Shown here piece by piece: positions 8,201-16,073 of a stretch of 19,168 nucleotides of DNA. Each line of letters starts with the position of its first letter. The stretch's first letter is position 1. The DNA is taken from the NCBI GenBank assembly GCA_029565395.1, contig JAKQOG010000022.1, positions 1-19,168 of the forward strand. Reading direction: 5' to 3'. Both the position numbers and the translations under genes were made by a program. The notes under the pieces were generated by a model that was not told the origin of the DNA, made no database searches, and worked only from the letters and a program-made list of their open reading frames with translations. Origin of the DNA: Candidatus Hydrogenedentota bacterium (GTDB taxonomy: Bacteria > Hydrogenedentota > Hydrogenedentia > Hydrogenedentales > CAILVY01).

Positions 8201-8302
8201 TAGGCAAGGGGAATCTTTAATTTTTAGCATTGTTGACCTGTTATGGCTGGAGTTTGTAAAGTGAGGATAGGATAGAAGCTCGAAATTACTTGGGAGGTGA
8301 CT

Positions 8303-9745
8303 ATGATGACTGTATCGTATACGCGTCGGGAAGCTCTGAACCGGATGGCCATTCTGGGTGCATTGGGTTTACTTGGAGGGCAGGGGGGCGCCTCCGCCAA
8401 GACTAAACCATTGCCCAATATTCTGTTTATCATGTCGGATGATCATGCGGCGCATGCGATAGGGTGTTATGGGAGCAAGGTGAATCAAACGCCGAATATT
8501 GATCGCATTGCGAAAGAAGGGATGCGTTTTGAGCATTGTTTGTGCTCTAACGCGATTTGCGGCCCGAGCCGAGCGGTGATTTTGACTGGGAAGTACAGTC
8601 ATATTAATGGATTTCGCACGAATAGCGACAAGTTTGACGGTTCGCAGCAGACCTTTCCCAAGTTGTTACAAAAGGCGGGGTATGCGACCGCGATCATCGG
8701 GAAGTGGCATCTGGTGAGTCCACCGACGGGATTTGATTATTGGAACATTCTTCCGGGCCAGGGGGATTACGTGGATCCAGTGTTGATTGAAATGGGGGAG
8801 AAGAAAAAGCATCAAGGGTATGTGACGGATCTTATCGCCGATTTTACGATGGAGTTCATCCGCAAGCGGGATAAGAATAAGCCGTTTTGCGTGATGTGCC
8901 ATAACAAGGCGCCGCACCGGAATTGGATTCCCGATGCCAAGCATGCGGATATGTATAGCGACCCCATTCCGGTTCCGGAAACGTTTGATGATGATTACCA
9001 GGGGCGAAGCCCAGCGGCGGCACGTGCGGAGATGCGTGTTGCGCGTGACATGACGCCGAAGGATCTGAAAGAGAACCCGCCGGAGGGTCTTGAAGGCGAA
9101 GCGCTGGCACGATGGAAGTATCAGCGGTACATGGAAGATTATCTGCGGGTAGTGGCATCGGTGGACGATAATGTGGGGCGGTTGTTGGATTTTCTGGATG
9201 CGGAAGGGTTGCGCGACAATACGCTGGTGATCTATACATCGGACCAGGGATTTTTCCTGGGGGATCATGGATGGTTCGACAAGCGGTTCATGTTTGAGGA
9301 ATCGTTGAAGATGCCGTTGCTGGCGCGTTGGCCCGGGGTCATTGAACCTGGCACCGTGAACGAGGATATGGTGTCGAATATGGATTTTGCGCCGACGTTT
9401 TTAGCGTGCGCGGGGATAGAAACGCCGGGGGACATGCAGGGGCACTCCATGATGCCGATTTTGAAGGGAAAGCATCCTAATGATTGGCGAAAGACGTTTT
9501 ATTATGAGTATTTTGAGTATCCGGCAGTGCACAGTGTGTATCCGCATTATGGGGTGTGCACGAAAAAGCATAAGCTGATTCATTATGTGTACAAGGAGGA
9601 GATTGATGCGTGGGAGCTTTTTGATCTCGAAAAGGATCCGCATGAAATGCACAGTGTGTATGACGATCCCGCGTATGCCGACGTGGTGAAGGAGTTGAAG
9701 GGGGAGTTGGCAAGATTACGGAAGGAATTGAAGGTACCAGCGTGA
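8303..9745 (+). CDS. Cys-type sulfatase (formylglycine-dependent) with Tat signal peptide
   Basis: The start is ATG 8303 with a GGGAGGTG SD 5 nt upstream. The track's GTG at 8297 is less likely. Tat-like N-terminus: TRREALNRMAILGALGLLGGQGGASA. The sulfatase signature is NILFIMSDDH ... CSNAICGPSRAVILTGKY (C-x-P-x-R), followed by IGKWHL. Confidence 0.88.
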   Translation: MMTVSYTRREALNRMAILGALGLLGGQGGASAKTKPLPNILFIMSDDHAAHAIGCYGSKVNQTPNIDRIAKEGMRFEHCLCSNAICGPSRAVILTGKYSHINGFRTNSDKFDGSQQTFPKLLQKAGYATAIIGKWHLVSPPTGFDYWNILPGQGDYVDPVLIEMGEKKKHQGYVTDLIADFTMEFIRKRDKNKPFCVMCHNKAPHRNWIPDAKHADMYSDPIPVPETFDDDYQGRSPAAARAEMRVARDMTPKDLKENPPEGLEGEALARWKYQRYMEDYLRVVASVDDNVGRLLDFLDAEGLRDNTLVIYTSDQGFFLGDHGWFDKRFMFEESLKMPLLARWPGVIEPGTVNEDMVSNMDFAPTFLACAGIETPGDMQGHSMMPILKGKHPNDWRKTFYYEYFEYPAVHSVYPHYGVCTKKHKLIHYVYKEEIDAWELFDLEKDPHEMHSVYDDPAYADVVKELKGELARLRKELKVPA

Positions 9746-9776
9746 GCAAGATTTGCGTGGTTATGAGTACATTGAT

Positions 9777-11216
9777 TCATGGAGAATACGGCACGGTTCC
9801 GGTTTTGTCTACTGTGTAGCCGAATTGCTGGATGTATTTCTCGGCGGGGAGGAAGCGGTCGTTGCGTTCGTTAAGTTTTTGTTGGAGCAAGTCGTCCAGT
9901 TGGTGTTGAATGGCTGAATTTTCCGGGGAATTACACAGATTTTTTTGTTGATAGGGATCGGCTTCATTGTCGAAGAGGAGCCAAGGGCCGTTCAGGTCGC
10001 GTACGTACGTGTATCGGAGGGTGCGAATCCCGCGGCATTCACGGCCGCCTTGCTTTCGGGTCCATTCGCCGAAGGGGGCCATGCACAGTAATAGGGCGGC
10101 GTCTACTTGAGGATCTTCACCCTGTAAAAGCGGTGTGGAGAGATCCTTGCCTTCCACGGTGGACGGAATGGGAACAGCACACAGACCCAGAAGGGTGGGC
10201 ATGATGTCCGGGGCATTAAGCAATGTGGGAACGTTGCGTCCTTTTGTGCCGAGGCGCGCGGGATAACGCAGGAGAAACGGAACGCGGAGGGATTCGTCGT
10301 AGGGTTTTTGTTTTCGAATCATGCCTTGGGAAAACAGCATGTCGCCATGATCGGACGTGAAGACGAACACGGTATTTTCCGAGAGGCGGCATTCGTCCAG
10401 AGTGGCGAGGAGATCGCCGATGCAGTCGTCCAAGGCACAGATATGTGCATAATATCCCGCGAGATCTCGCCGAGCTTCTTTTTCCGAGGCTTCGGGGACA
10501 TTCGGGCGCAATACCAGTTTCTCCGAAGTAATGCGTTTTTGGCAGGATTCCGGGGCGGTTTCGTAGGGGTTGTGGGGCGGCCCCCAGGAGAGAAATAGTG
10601 CAAAGGGCCGATCAGTGGCATGGTTGCGGACGTACTGTTGGGCCTCGCGGGTTTGCGCAATTGCATCATAGCCTTCCCATTCTTTAGGCACTGGTTCGTC
10701 GGCATAGTATTTTGAATGGTTGTAGTCGTGGGTGCATTCCTGGACCCGCCAATACTGAAATCCCTGGCGGTGTTCGGGGGGAATGAAACTGGAGCGGCCA
10801 TGGCCTTCCAGATGCCATTTGCCGATATAGGCGGTGTCGTACCCGGATCCTACGAGGGCTTCCGCGATACTCACGGCGTCGTCGCGCAGGTGGACGTCGT
10901 TTAAGAACACTCCGTGGGTTTGCCAGTATTGTCCGGTCAACAAACTGGCGCGATAGGGGGAGCACACGGGACATCCGGAAACGGCATGGGTGAAATTCAG
11001 GCTTTGCGCCGCCAGTTGGTCCAGGTGGGGTGTTAGCGCGTTGGGATCGCCTGCGTACCCGGTGGCTTGCGCGCGCCATTGATCCGCAAACACAAATACG
11101 AGATTCGGCGGTTTCGTTCCGGAAGTTTTTGCGGATTCAATAGCAAAAGTACCTGGAGATATGGCCAAGCCGGCAGCCCCGGCGGCAAGGGTATTTAAAA
11201 ATTCACGGCGTTTCAT
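9777..11216 (-). CDS. Cys-type sulfatase with Tat signal peptide
   Basis: 479 aa. The N-terminus MKRREFLNTLAAGAAGLAISPGTFA is a twin-arginine motif. The signature is LVFVFADQWR ... SGCPVCSPYRASLLTGQY (CxPxR) and IGKWHL. It is convergent with sulfatase 1, 31 bp apart. Confidence 0.88.
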   Translation of the reverse strand: MKRREFLNTLAAGAAGLAISPGTFAIESAKTSGTKPPNLVFVFADQWRAQATGYAGDPNALTPHLDQLAAQSLNFTHAVSGCPVCSPYRASLLTGQYWQTHGVFLNDVHLRDDAVSIAEALVGSGYDTAYIGKWHLEGHGRSSFIPPEHRQGFQYWRVQECTHDYNHSKYYADEPVPKEWEGYDAIAQTREAQQYVRNHATDRPFALFLSWGPPHNPYETAPESCQKRITSEKLVLRPNVPEASEKEARRDLAGYYAHICALDDCIGDLLATLDECRLSENTVFVFTSDHGDMLFSQGMIRKQKPYDESLRVPFLLRYPARLGTKGRNVPTLLNAPDIMPTLLGLCAVPIPSTVEGKDLSTPLLQGEDPQVDAALLLCMAPFGEWTRKQGGRECRGIRTLRYTYVRDLNGPWLLFDNEADPYQQKNLCNSPENSAIQHQLDDLLQQKLNERNDRFLPAEKYIQQFGYTVDKTGTVPYSP

Positions 11217-11247
11217 GGTATCTAAAAACCTTAAAGATTTATATTGT

Positions 11248-11277
11248 TAATCACTACTACTTTCTTTTCACGAGAAA
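11248..11277. other. Perfect 13-bp inverted repeat / stem-loop (CTACTTTCTTTTC-acga-GAAAAGAAAGTAG) between two sulfatase genes, with no U-tract on either side
   Basis: Both arms were read directly and their reverse complement verified. The element lies in the 83-bp spacer between the sulfatase at 11300..12937 and the sulfatase at 9777..11216, both on the minus strand. Confidence 0.6.
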
Positions 11278-11299
11278 AGAAAGTAGCAAAGAAAAGCGG

Positions 11300-12937
11300 T
11301 TATTTGAGGACGTCTCCTGGTTTATCGGGAAAGCCTTTGACTCCTCGTGAGTGATCGAACTGATATATCCGTTGCATGGGACGATCTTGCGGGGGCAAGA
11401 CGAGCAGATTGCCGTCTTTGTTGAGTGCACGTTTGACATTGGTACGGGACAGCGCTTTTGCGGCCACTTTGCGCAGGCGTTTGGCCACTTCGGAGTCAGT
11501 GGTAATCCGTTGCTTCAACTCGTTCGGGTCATCTTTCAGATTAAAGAGCTGTTCCAAACCGCCGTTGGCCATGAAGATGTATTTCCAATTGCCTTCGCGC
11601 ACCATGACCTTGAAGAGATTCTTGCCGGGCATGCCGTAATAGCCGATGAGGTGTTCGCGGCCTTTCGCGTTTCCTTTCGCTAGATCGAGCACATTTATGC
11701 CTTCGCGCAGTTCCGGATTTCCCGAAGCGGACGTGGCGATTCCGAAGAGATCCGTCAGGGACACGAGGGCATCGTTTTTCACGTTGGCAGGCAACTGTTC
11801 CGGCCAACTGACCAGGAAGGGGACGTGGCATGCGGCCTCGAAGAAACTTTCTTTCTGCCAGGAGTAATGATCGCCGAGATGATCGCCATGATCGGAAAAG
11901 AAGCAAATCAGAGTATTCGCGGCATCGCCGCGCGCCTCTACGGCATCGAGAATCCGGCCAAGACACTGATCGATATAAGAAATTTCGCCGTAATACCGCG
12001 CTTTGAGCACGCGCGCATGGGAATCATTGATGTCCTCCGCCCAGATGGCGTGATTCATCCAGCGGAGTTGTTCATCCATCAGGTCGACGGCCTTGTCGCC
12101 CCGAATGGGATCCGGCATGCGGTCGGGATCGTACATACGGTTGAAGGGAATAGGGGGCGCGAGTGGGGGATGGGGGCCGATGAAGGATACAAGGCCGAAA
12201 TAGGGGCGTGGGTCTGATTGTGCGATCTGCTCGACGGCACAGTCGGCGGCCCATGCTTCCACGCCGAATGCAGCGGGGAGGGGACTCATCTGGGGCATGT
12301 AATACATTTCCGTGCGCTCGCCCATGAGCCCTTCAACGAAATCGTATTCGGGGTGTTTCTCCCGAATAAACGTTGCGTATGAATCACGATTACGTTGATC
12401 CGGAGAGCCGTAGAGTTCTTCGCTGTGCCGATGCACTTCATAGCCGACGTCTTCATCCCAGGGATGGGTATGGAATTTTCCGATGCCGAAGGTGCGGTAG
12501 CCGCGTTGAGTCATCGTGCGTGCGAGATAGGGTCCGCAACGGTCTTCATTTTTTTCGGGTTGGCCCTCGACGAGTTTTGGTCCAGCATTTGAATAGACGC
12601 CCGTAGTGGGCGCGTCACAGCCGGTACGGATGGTCAATCGGGCGGGAACGCATACGGGGCAGGGCGAATAGGCATTGGTGAACGCGATGCCGCGCGCCAC
12701 GAGCCGGTCGTAATTTGGCGTGTAGATGTGCGGATTGCCCAGCGCGGCGATGGTGTCCGCACGCTGCTGATCCGTCATGATGAACAGGATGTTGGGGGGA
12801 TGGCTGGACGGTGGGGCGGGGGGTGGTGCACCTTCTTTCGCTGTGGCGGTGAGGGAGGTGGCCGCGGCGGCGGTGAGAATGCCTAAAAACTCACGGCGCT
12901 GGAGCATTCCCTGTGTGGGGGAAGAAGGTTTATGCAT
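11300..12937 (-). CDS. Cys-type sulfatase with Tat signal peptide
   Basis: 545 aa. The ATG at 12937 has an AAGGAAA SD about 5 nt upstream. The Tat motif is QRREFLGILTAAAATSLTATA. The signature is NILFIMTDQQR ... YSPCPVCVPARLTIRTG (CxPxR) and IGKFH. Confidence 0.85.
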   Translation of the reverse strand: MHKPSSPTQGMLQRREFLGILTAAAATSLTATAKEGAPPPAPPSSHPPNILFIMTDQQRADTIAALGNPHIYTPNYDRLVARGIAFTNAYSPCPVCVPARLTIRTGCDAPTTGVYSNAGPKLVEGQPEKNEDRCGPYLARTMTQRGYRTFGIGKFHTHPWDEDVGYEVHRHSEELYGSPDQRNRDSYATFIREKHPEYDFVEGLMGERTEMYYMPQMSPLPAAFGVEAWAADCAVEQIAQSDPRPYFGLVSFIGPHPPLAPPIPFNRMYDPDRMPDPIRGDKAVDLMDEQLRWMNHAIWAEDINDSHARVLKARYYGEISYIDQCLGRILDAVEARGDAANTLICFFSDHGDHLGDHYSWQKESFFEAACHVPFLVSWPEQLPANVKNDALVSLTDLFGIATSASGNPELREGINVLDLAKGNAKGREHLIGYYGMPGKNLFKVMVREGNWKYIFMANGGLEQLFNLKDDPNELKQRITTDSEVAKRLRKVAAKALSRTNVKRALNKDGNLLVLPPQDRPMQRIYQFDHSRGVKGFPDKPGDVLK

Positions 12938-12963
12938 GGCATTTTCCTTTTTGCGCGAGGCTA

Positions 12964-14364
12964 TTACACTGTAGGCACAGTAAATGGATCTTCAGCGTTT
13001 TTCAAGGCTTCGATTAATTGAGCGTTTAGATCTTTTCGGATCTTGGCGAATTCGGGATCATCAATGAGGTTTTTCAGTTGCAGGGGATCTTCCTGGTTGT
13101 CGAACAGGCACCAGGGTTTGTCAGGGTAGACGGCGTAGGTGTAGCGGGGCGTGCGCAGTCCGCGAAAGAGGGGCGCGGGATGATTCTCGCCGCCGGAGGC
13201 GTTTTTCTTGGAGATGTGCATGATAAGCTGTGCGTCGGGCGCGGGACCAGTTTTCCCAAGCATCCACGGGGAGAAATCCTGTCCGCCGCATCCCGGTGGC
13301 GCACTGAGGCCCGCGAGGCTGCATAGGGTGGGCAGGATGTCAATGGCGCCGAATAATGCATCGCACCGCGTGCCGGGCGGGATGATGCCGGGGCCTCGAA
13401 TAAAAAACGGCACACGGATGGATTCTTCGTAGGGTTGGCGTTTGCTTCCCAGTCCATGGCTTCCCATCATGCTGCCGTGATCGGAGGTGTACACCACGAT
13501 GGTGTTTTCGTTGAGGCCGAGTTCGGAAAGCGTGGCCAGAAGACGGCCCAGTTCATCGTCGATGGCGCTGATGTGCGCGTGGTAGCCTTGGTAATAGGGC
13601 CAAGTGTTCTTTCCCCATATTTTTGCGTCGTCCGCCTTTCCTTTTTGGATTTCCTCCGGAACATTTCCGCGCCAGGGGAGGGAGCCTTCCGGATACAGCG
13701 CCTTCTTTTCCGGGGGTGGATCGAGGAAATTGGAGTGAGGGGGATGCAGGGAGAGCATCAGGAAAAAGGGATTGTCTTTATTGTTGCGGATGAACTGCAG
13801 CGCCTGATCGGTCATCAGGGTAGCGTTGTAGCCTTTGGGCTGAACCGGTTTGCCGTCACGCGGATGATATCTCCCGTGATCCCAATGGATGTTTTCATCG
13901 GTCCAGATGAGGGAGGTGTCAAAGCCGAAGGATTCCGCGCGCACGCCGCCGAGATGCCATTTGCCGACGTAGCCCGTTTTATATCCGGCGGATTTAAAGG
14001 TTTTGCCGAGGGTGGGGAGAGCATCGCTCAGTTGGATATTGTTGTCGATCATGCCGGTTTGATAGGGCCAGCGGCCGGTCATCAGTATGGCGCGATAGGG
14101 TGTGCAGACGGGGTAATTGCTGATGCAATGGGTGAAGGTTGCGCCTTCTTTGGCCATGCGGTCCATGACAGGGGTATGGAGTTGCGGCATTTCCGAGCAG
14201 GCCATGGACTGCCAGCGGTGCTCGTCGCTGAAGGCATAGATCACGTTGGGTTTTCGGGGGGATTGCGCGTGGGCGGAGGCGCCGAGGGCGGTCAAGGCGG
14301 CCACACCCGCCACGCGGCCCATGAATTCGCGCCGGGGCATGTCTTTTGAGGATCGAAAGTTCAT
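12964..14364 (-). CDS. Cys-type sulfatase with Tat signal peptide
   Basis: The track ORF begins with a TTG at 14382. The first ATG is at 14364 with an AAGGAA SD about 6 nt upstream, giving MNFRSSKDMPRREFMGRVAGVAALTALGASAHA. The signature is NVIYAFSDEHR ... SNYPVCTPYRAILMTGRW (CxPxR) and VGKWHL. A 26-bp gap separates it from the next sulfatase, consistent with co-transcription. Confidence 0.85.
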   Translation of the reverse strand: MNFRSSKDMPRREFMGRVAGVAALTALGASAHAQSPRKPNVIYAFSDEHRWQSMACSEMPQLHTPVMDRMAKEGATFTHCISNYPVCTPYRAILMTGRWPYQTGMIDNNIQLSDALPTLGKTFKSAGYKTGYVGKWHLGGVRAESFGFDTSLIWTDENIHWDHGRYHPRDGKPVQPKGYNATLMTDQALQFIRNNKDNPFFLMLSLHPPHSNFLDPPPEKKALYPEGSLPWRGNVPEEIQKGKADDAKIWGKNTWPYYQGYHAHISAIDDELGRLLATLSELGLNENTIVVYTSDHGSMMGSHGLGSKRQPYEESIRVPFFIRGPGIIPPGTRCDALFGAIDILPTLCSLAGLSAPPGCGGQDFSPWMLGKTGPAPDAQLIMHISKKNASGGENHPAPLFRGLRTPRYTYAVYPDKPWCLFDNQEDPLQLKNLIDDPEFAKIRKDLNAQLIEALKNAEDPFTVPTV

Positions 14365-14543
14365 AGCCGGTTCCTTGTTCAATAGTGATTGTACCCACTG
14401 CTGGGGAGGCGATCAACGTATTATCGAGGGAAATAGGTGAAGATGATTGTTTTCTGCCACCCCTCCAGGATGGTTTGTTTATGGGGGGGGCCGGGGGTAT
14501 CGCTTCGCTCAACCCCTGGCTTTCGGACAGTACGGCAACGCTG

Positions 14544-14624
14544 GGGGTGAGTGGGAGGACTGGGAGGACTGGGAAGGCTGGGAAGGCTGGGAGAATAGGA
14601 CCAATAAGACCTATAAGACCTATA
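14544..14624. repeat. 9-bp-periodic tandem array, (GGGAGGACT)x2, (GGGAAGGCT)x2, GGGAGAATA, GGACCAATA, (AGACCTATA)x2
   Basis: Units read directly from 14553 onward. The array contains the 23-mer gggagaataggaccaataagacc, shared with 1243-1265. It lies upstream of sulfatase 4 (minus strand) at the left edge of the AT-rich islet. A G8 homopolymer sits 55 bp to its left, at 14483-14490. Confidence 0.85.
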
Positions 14625-14789
14625 AAAGGGAGCGTGTATCAGGGGGTGGACTGAATTTGAGGAGGGAGTGAGGCAGCCGCTGTATATTGCATTTTCAGTA
14701 TGAAACCTTTTTGTTGTCAGGGGAGTCTTAAGGGTGTATTCAGTCGGGATGCATTGAGGTTCAGAGGAATTTTTCAGCATGTTTATTCT

Positions 14790-14990
14790 ATGCGTGTATC
14801 TAGTGTTTTTTTCGCCGGAGTCGCGGTAGCGGTGGTGTTGGTGGGGCTGGCGCATGCTGCTCCCGAGAAAAAACAGCGCACTCTCACGGTTGACTGCGCC
14901 GATACGTTTTTTAATAGGAGGCATGCTTGGTGTGAATCGATGGCTGTTTTTTACGCTATATCACATCGGATCGGCCAGAGGATGTTCTAA
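14790..14990 (+). CDS. Hypothetical small secreted protein (66 aa) with a signal peptide
   Basis: The internal ATG at 14790 gives MRVSSVFFAGVAVAVVLVGLAHA|APEKKQRTLTVDCADTFFNRRHAWCESMAVFYAISHRIGQRMF, a textbook n-h-c signal peptide with an AHA-A cleavage site and a roughly 43-aa mature part with 2 Cys. The RBS is weak (AGAGGA 22 nt upstream). It overlaps a competing minus-strand ORF (14421..14924) that I consider less likely. Confidence 0.3.
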   Translation: MRVSSVFFAGVAVAVVLVGLAHAAPEKKQRTLTVDCADTFFNRRHAWCESMAVFYAISHRIGQRMF

Positions 14991-15157
14991 ATCAGTATCC
15001 TCCATTTCACCAGGAGGAAATTTTCAGGATTCACGCGTAGCCGGTGGTAACGTTGGTGGCTGAGAGTGTTCTTTGAGTTCATTTTCATCGCTGCGATCAT
15101 TTGTGGCCATGCGGGGCATGTGAGGGCATGTGAGTCCTAATGAGTAACAAAGAACGC

Positions 15158-15589
15158 CTATAACAACTCAATTTTTTGAGTTCGGCAAACATCTATGAAA
15201 TCTTCCGCATTAAATGTAAGCAAAGCATCCTTTTTTATGGTGATGTCGTCTAGAACAAGACGTATTACCATGTCCGCAAGCGCGATAACTCTTTTTTTTG
15301 ATTTGGACCATCGAAGAGTAATCTCAAGAGCTTTGTCCCGGTATGGTGTATCATCTATGCGCAAGAAATGAGGCTGACGCAGCAAGGATTCAAACCGTAC
15401 GACCTGATGTGGTTTTTTGCAAAAACGTGTATTAATGGTTTCGTAAAGCGATGGCCAAGGCACCAGGACATTCATCTGTGCCAATACATTTTCTTTTTCC
15501 CCCGCCTGTGCATGGTACTGGTCTCTTGGATCAAATAAAGCGAACCAAAATCCGGTGTCCACAACAATACTTTTCGTAAATCTACTCAT
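15158..15589 (-). CDS. PIN-domain ribonuclease (VapC-like toxin family)
   Basis: 143 aa. The N-terminal SIVVDTGFWFALFDPRDQYHAQA follows the canonical VapC pattern (first Asp in the DT motif, ALF-x-D-xx-H-xx-A). Further acidic positions appear in LYETINT and ALADMVI. The C-terminal LLTFNAEDFIDV is the T-x-N-xx-DF PIN signature. Its ATG overlaps the stop of the upstream gene by 8 nt (ATGAGTAG). The local sequence is AT-rich. Confidence 0.75.
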   Translation of the reverse strand: MSRFTKSIVVDTGFWFALFDPRDQYHAQAGEKENVLAQMNVLVPWPSLYETINTRFCKKPHQVVRFESLLRQPHFLRIDDTPYRDKALEITLRWSKSKKRVIALADMVIRLVLDDITIKKDALLTFNAEDFIDVCRTQKIELL

Positions 15590-15902
15590 CCGTGTCTTCT
15601 ATATCTTCTGCAGATACGGCGTACCCGGTCCATGGGGCAGTTTTTCGGGAACCTGTAATGAAAGTTCCTTTCATTTTTCCATTCGCGAGATGAATCACAT
15701 ATAACCGGGAACGTCCGTTGAGATGAACATGAGATGCCAAATCTTTCTTGAGAGCGTCAATAAGATCTCCGGAGTGTTCAAATCTCAAACACGCCAAGCT
15801 ATCCCCGCATTCTTTGGCCTCATGGTTGTCCAACCAGGAATATAGCGCCTCATAATCTCCTTGAACGCCTAAATCAAAGGAAAACCAGATAAAACTTTTC
15901 AT
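15582..15902 (-). CDS. Uncharacterised 106-aa protein, upstream translationally coupled partner of the PIN nuclease (candidate noncanonical antitoxin or co-effector)
   Basis: The ATG at 15902 is preceded by a strong GGAGGTG SD 4-5 nt upstream. The track's longer start at 15992 lacks one. The protein is MKSFIWFSFDLGVQGDYEALYSWLDNHEAKECGDSLACLRFEHSGDLIDALKKDLASHVHLNGRSRLYVIHLANGKMKGTFITGSRKTAPWTGYAVSAEDIEDTDE. I see no RHH, AbrB/SpoVT, Phd/YefM or HTH-like N-terminus. The hydrophobic N-terminal strand ending in FDL, a helix, ECGDSLACLRFE, a helix, then SRLYVIHL is reminiscent of the Cas2/VapD ferredoxin-like b1-a1-b2...a2-b4 pattern. This is an inference from memory, not an alignment. The acidic C-terminal tail (EDIEDTDE) is typical of labile antitoxins. 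Confidence 0.6.
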   Translation of the reverse strand: MKSFIWFSFDLGVQGDYEALYSWLDNHEAKECGDSLACLRFEHSGDLIDALKKDLASHVHLNGRSRLYVIHLANGKMKGTFITGSRKTAPWTGYAVSAEDIEDTDE

Positions 15903-15953
15903 AAAACACCTCCTCGAAAAACATTCTAGCACACCTATTGTTATGTTGCAATC

Positions 15954-15968
15954 TTGAATGATTTTCAA
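15954..15968. promoter_or_regulatory. Short palindrome TTGAA-tgatt-TTCAA in the divergent promoter region, a possible operator
   Basis: The inverted 5-bp arms were read directly. The element lies about 52 bp upstream of the start of the partner-PIN operon and about 105 bp upstream of the oxidoreductase start. Confidence 0.2.
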
Positions 15969-16073
15969 AGCGTTTATAAGGCACATTTTCACATGGGTCT
16001 GTGCTGCTTTCTTTACTCACATATGCGAAAAAGTACATACTGGCACGTTGTGTTAATCAGAAGGAGACATTTC

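Noticed and set aside
8043-8264. ORFs encoding (GGL)n, (SPP)n, (SQS)n and (EDW)n peptides across the 9-mer arrays, including the track's N-terminal extension of NfeD to 8207
   Set aside because: A 9-bp repeat with no stop in any frame is automatically open in all six frames. The putative starts are TTG with no SD, whereas NfeD has a good SD-ATG at 7946. There is no independent coding evidence.
14421-14924. 167-aa minus-strand ORF spanning the repeat array and the sulfatase promoter region
   Set aside because: It runs straight through the 9-mer array (SYRSYRSYWSYSPSLPSLPSPPSPP) and intergenic DNA. Its product is polar and low-complexity with no domain. A competing plus-strand ORF has a convincing signal peptide. 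It is kept only as a caveat.
15114-15134. Tandem duplication gggcatgtgag / ggcatgtgag downstream of the PIN gene
   Set aside because: It is only two copies of about 10 bp with no associated structure. It is most likely a trivial slippage duplication.
15582-15992. Longer 136-aa version of the PIN-partner gene starting at 15992
   Set aside because: The extra 30 residues (MKMCLINALKIIQDCNITIGVLECFSRRCF) lack an SD. A strong GGAGGTG SD precedes the internal ATG at 15902, so the shorter 106-aa form is preferred.
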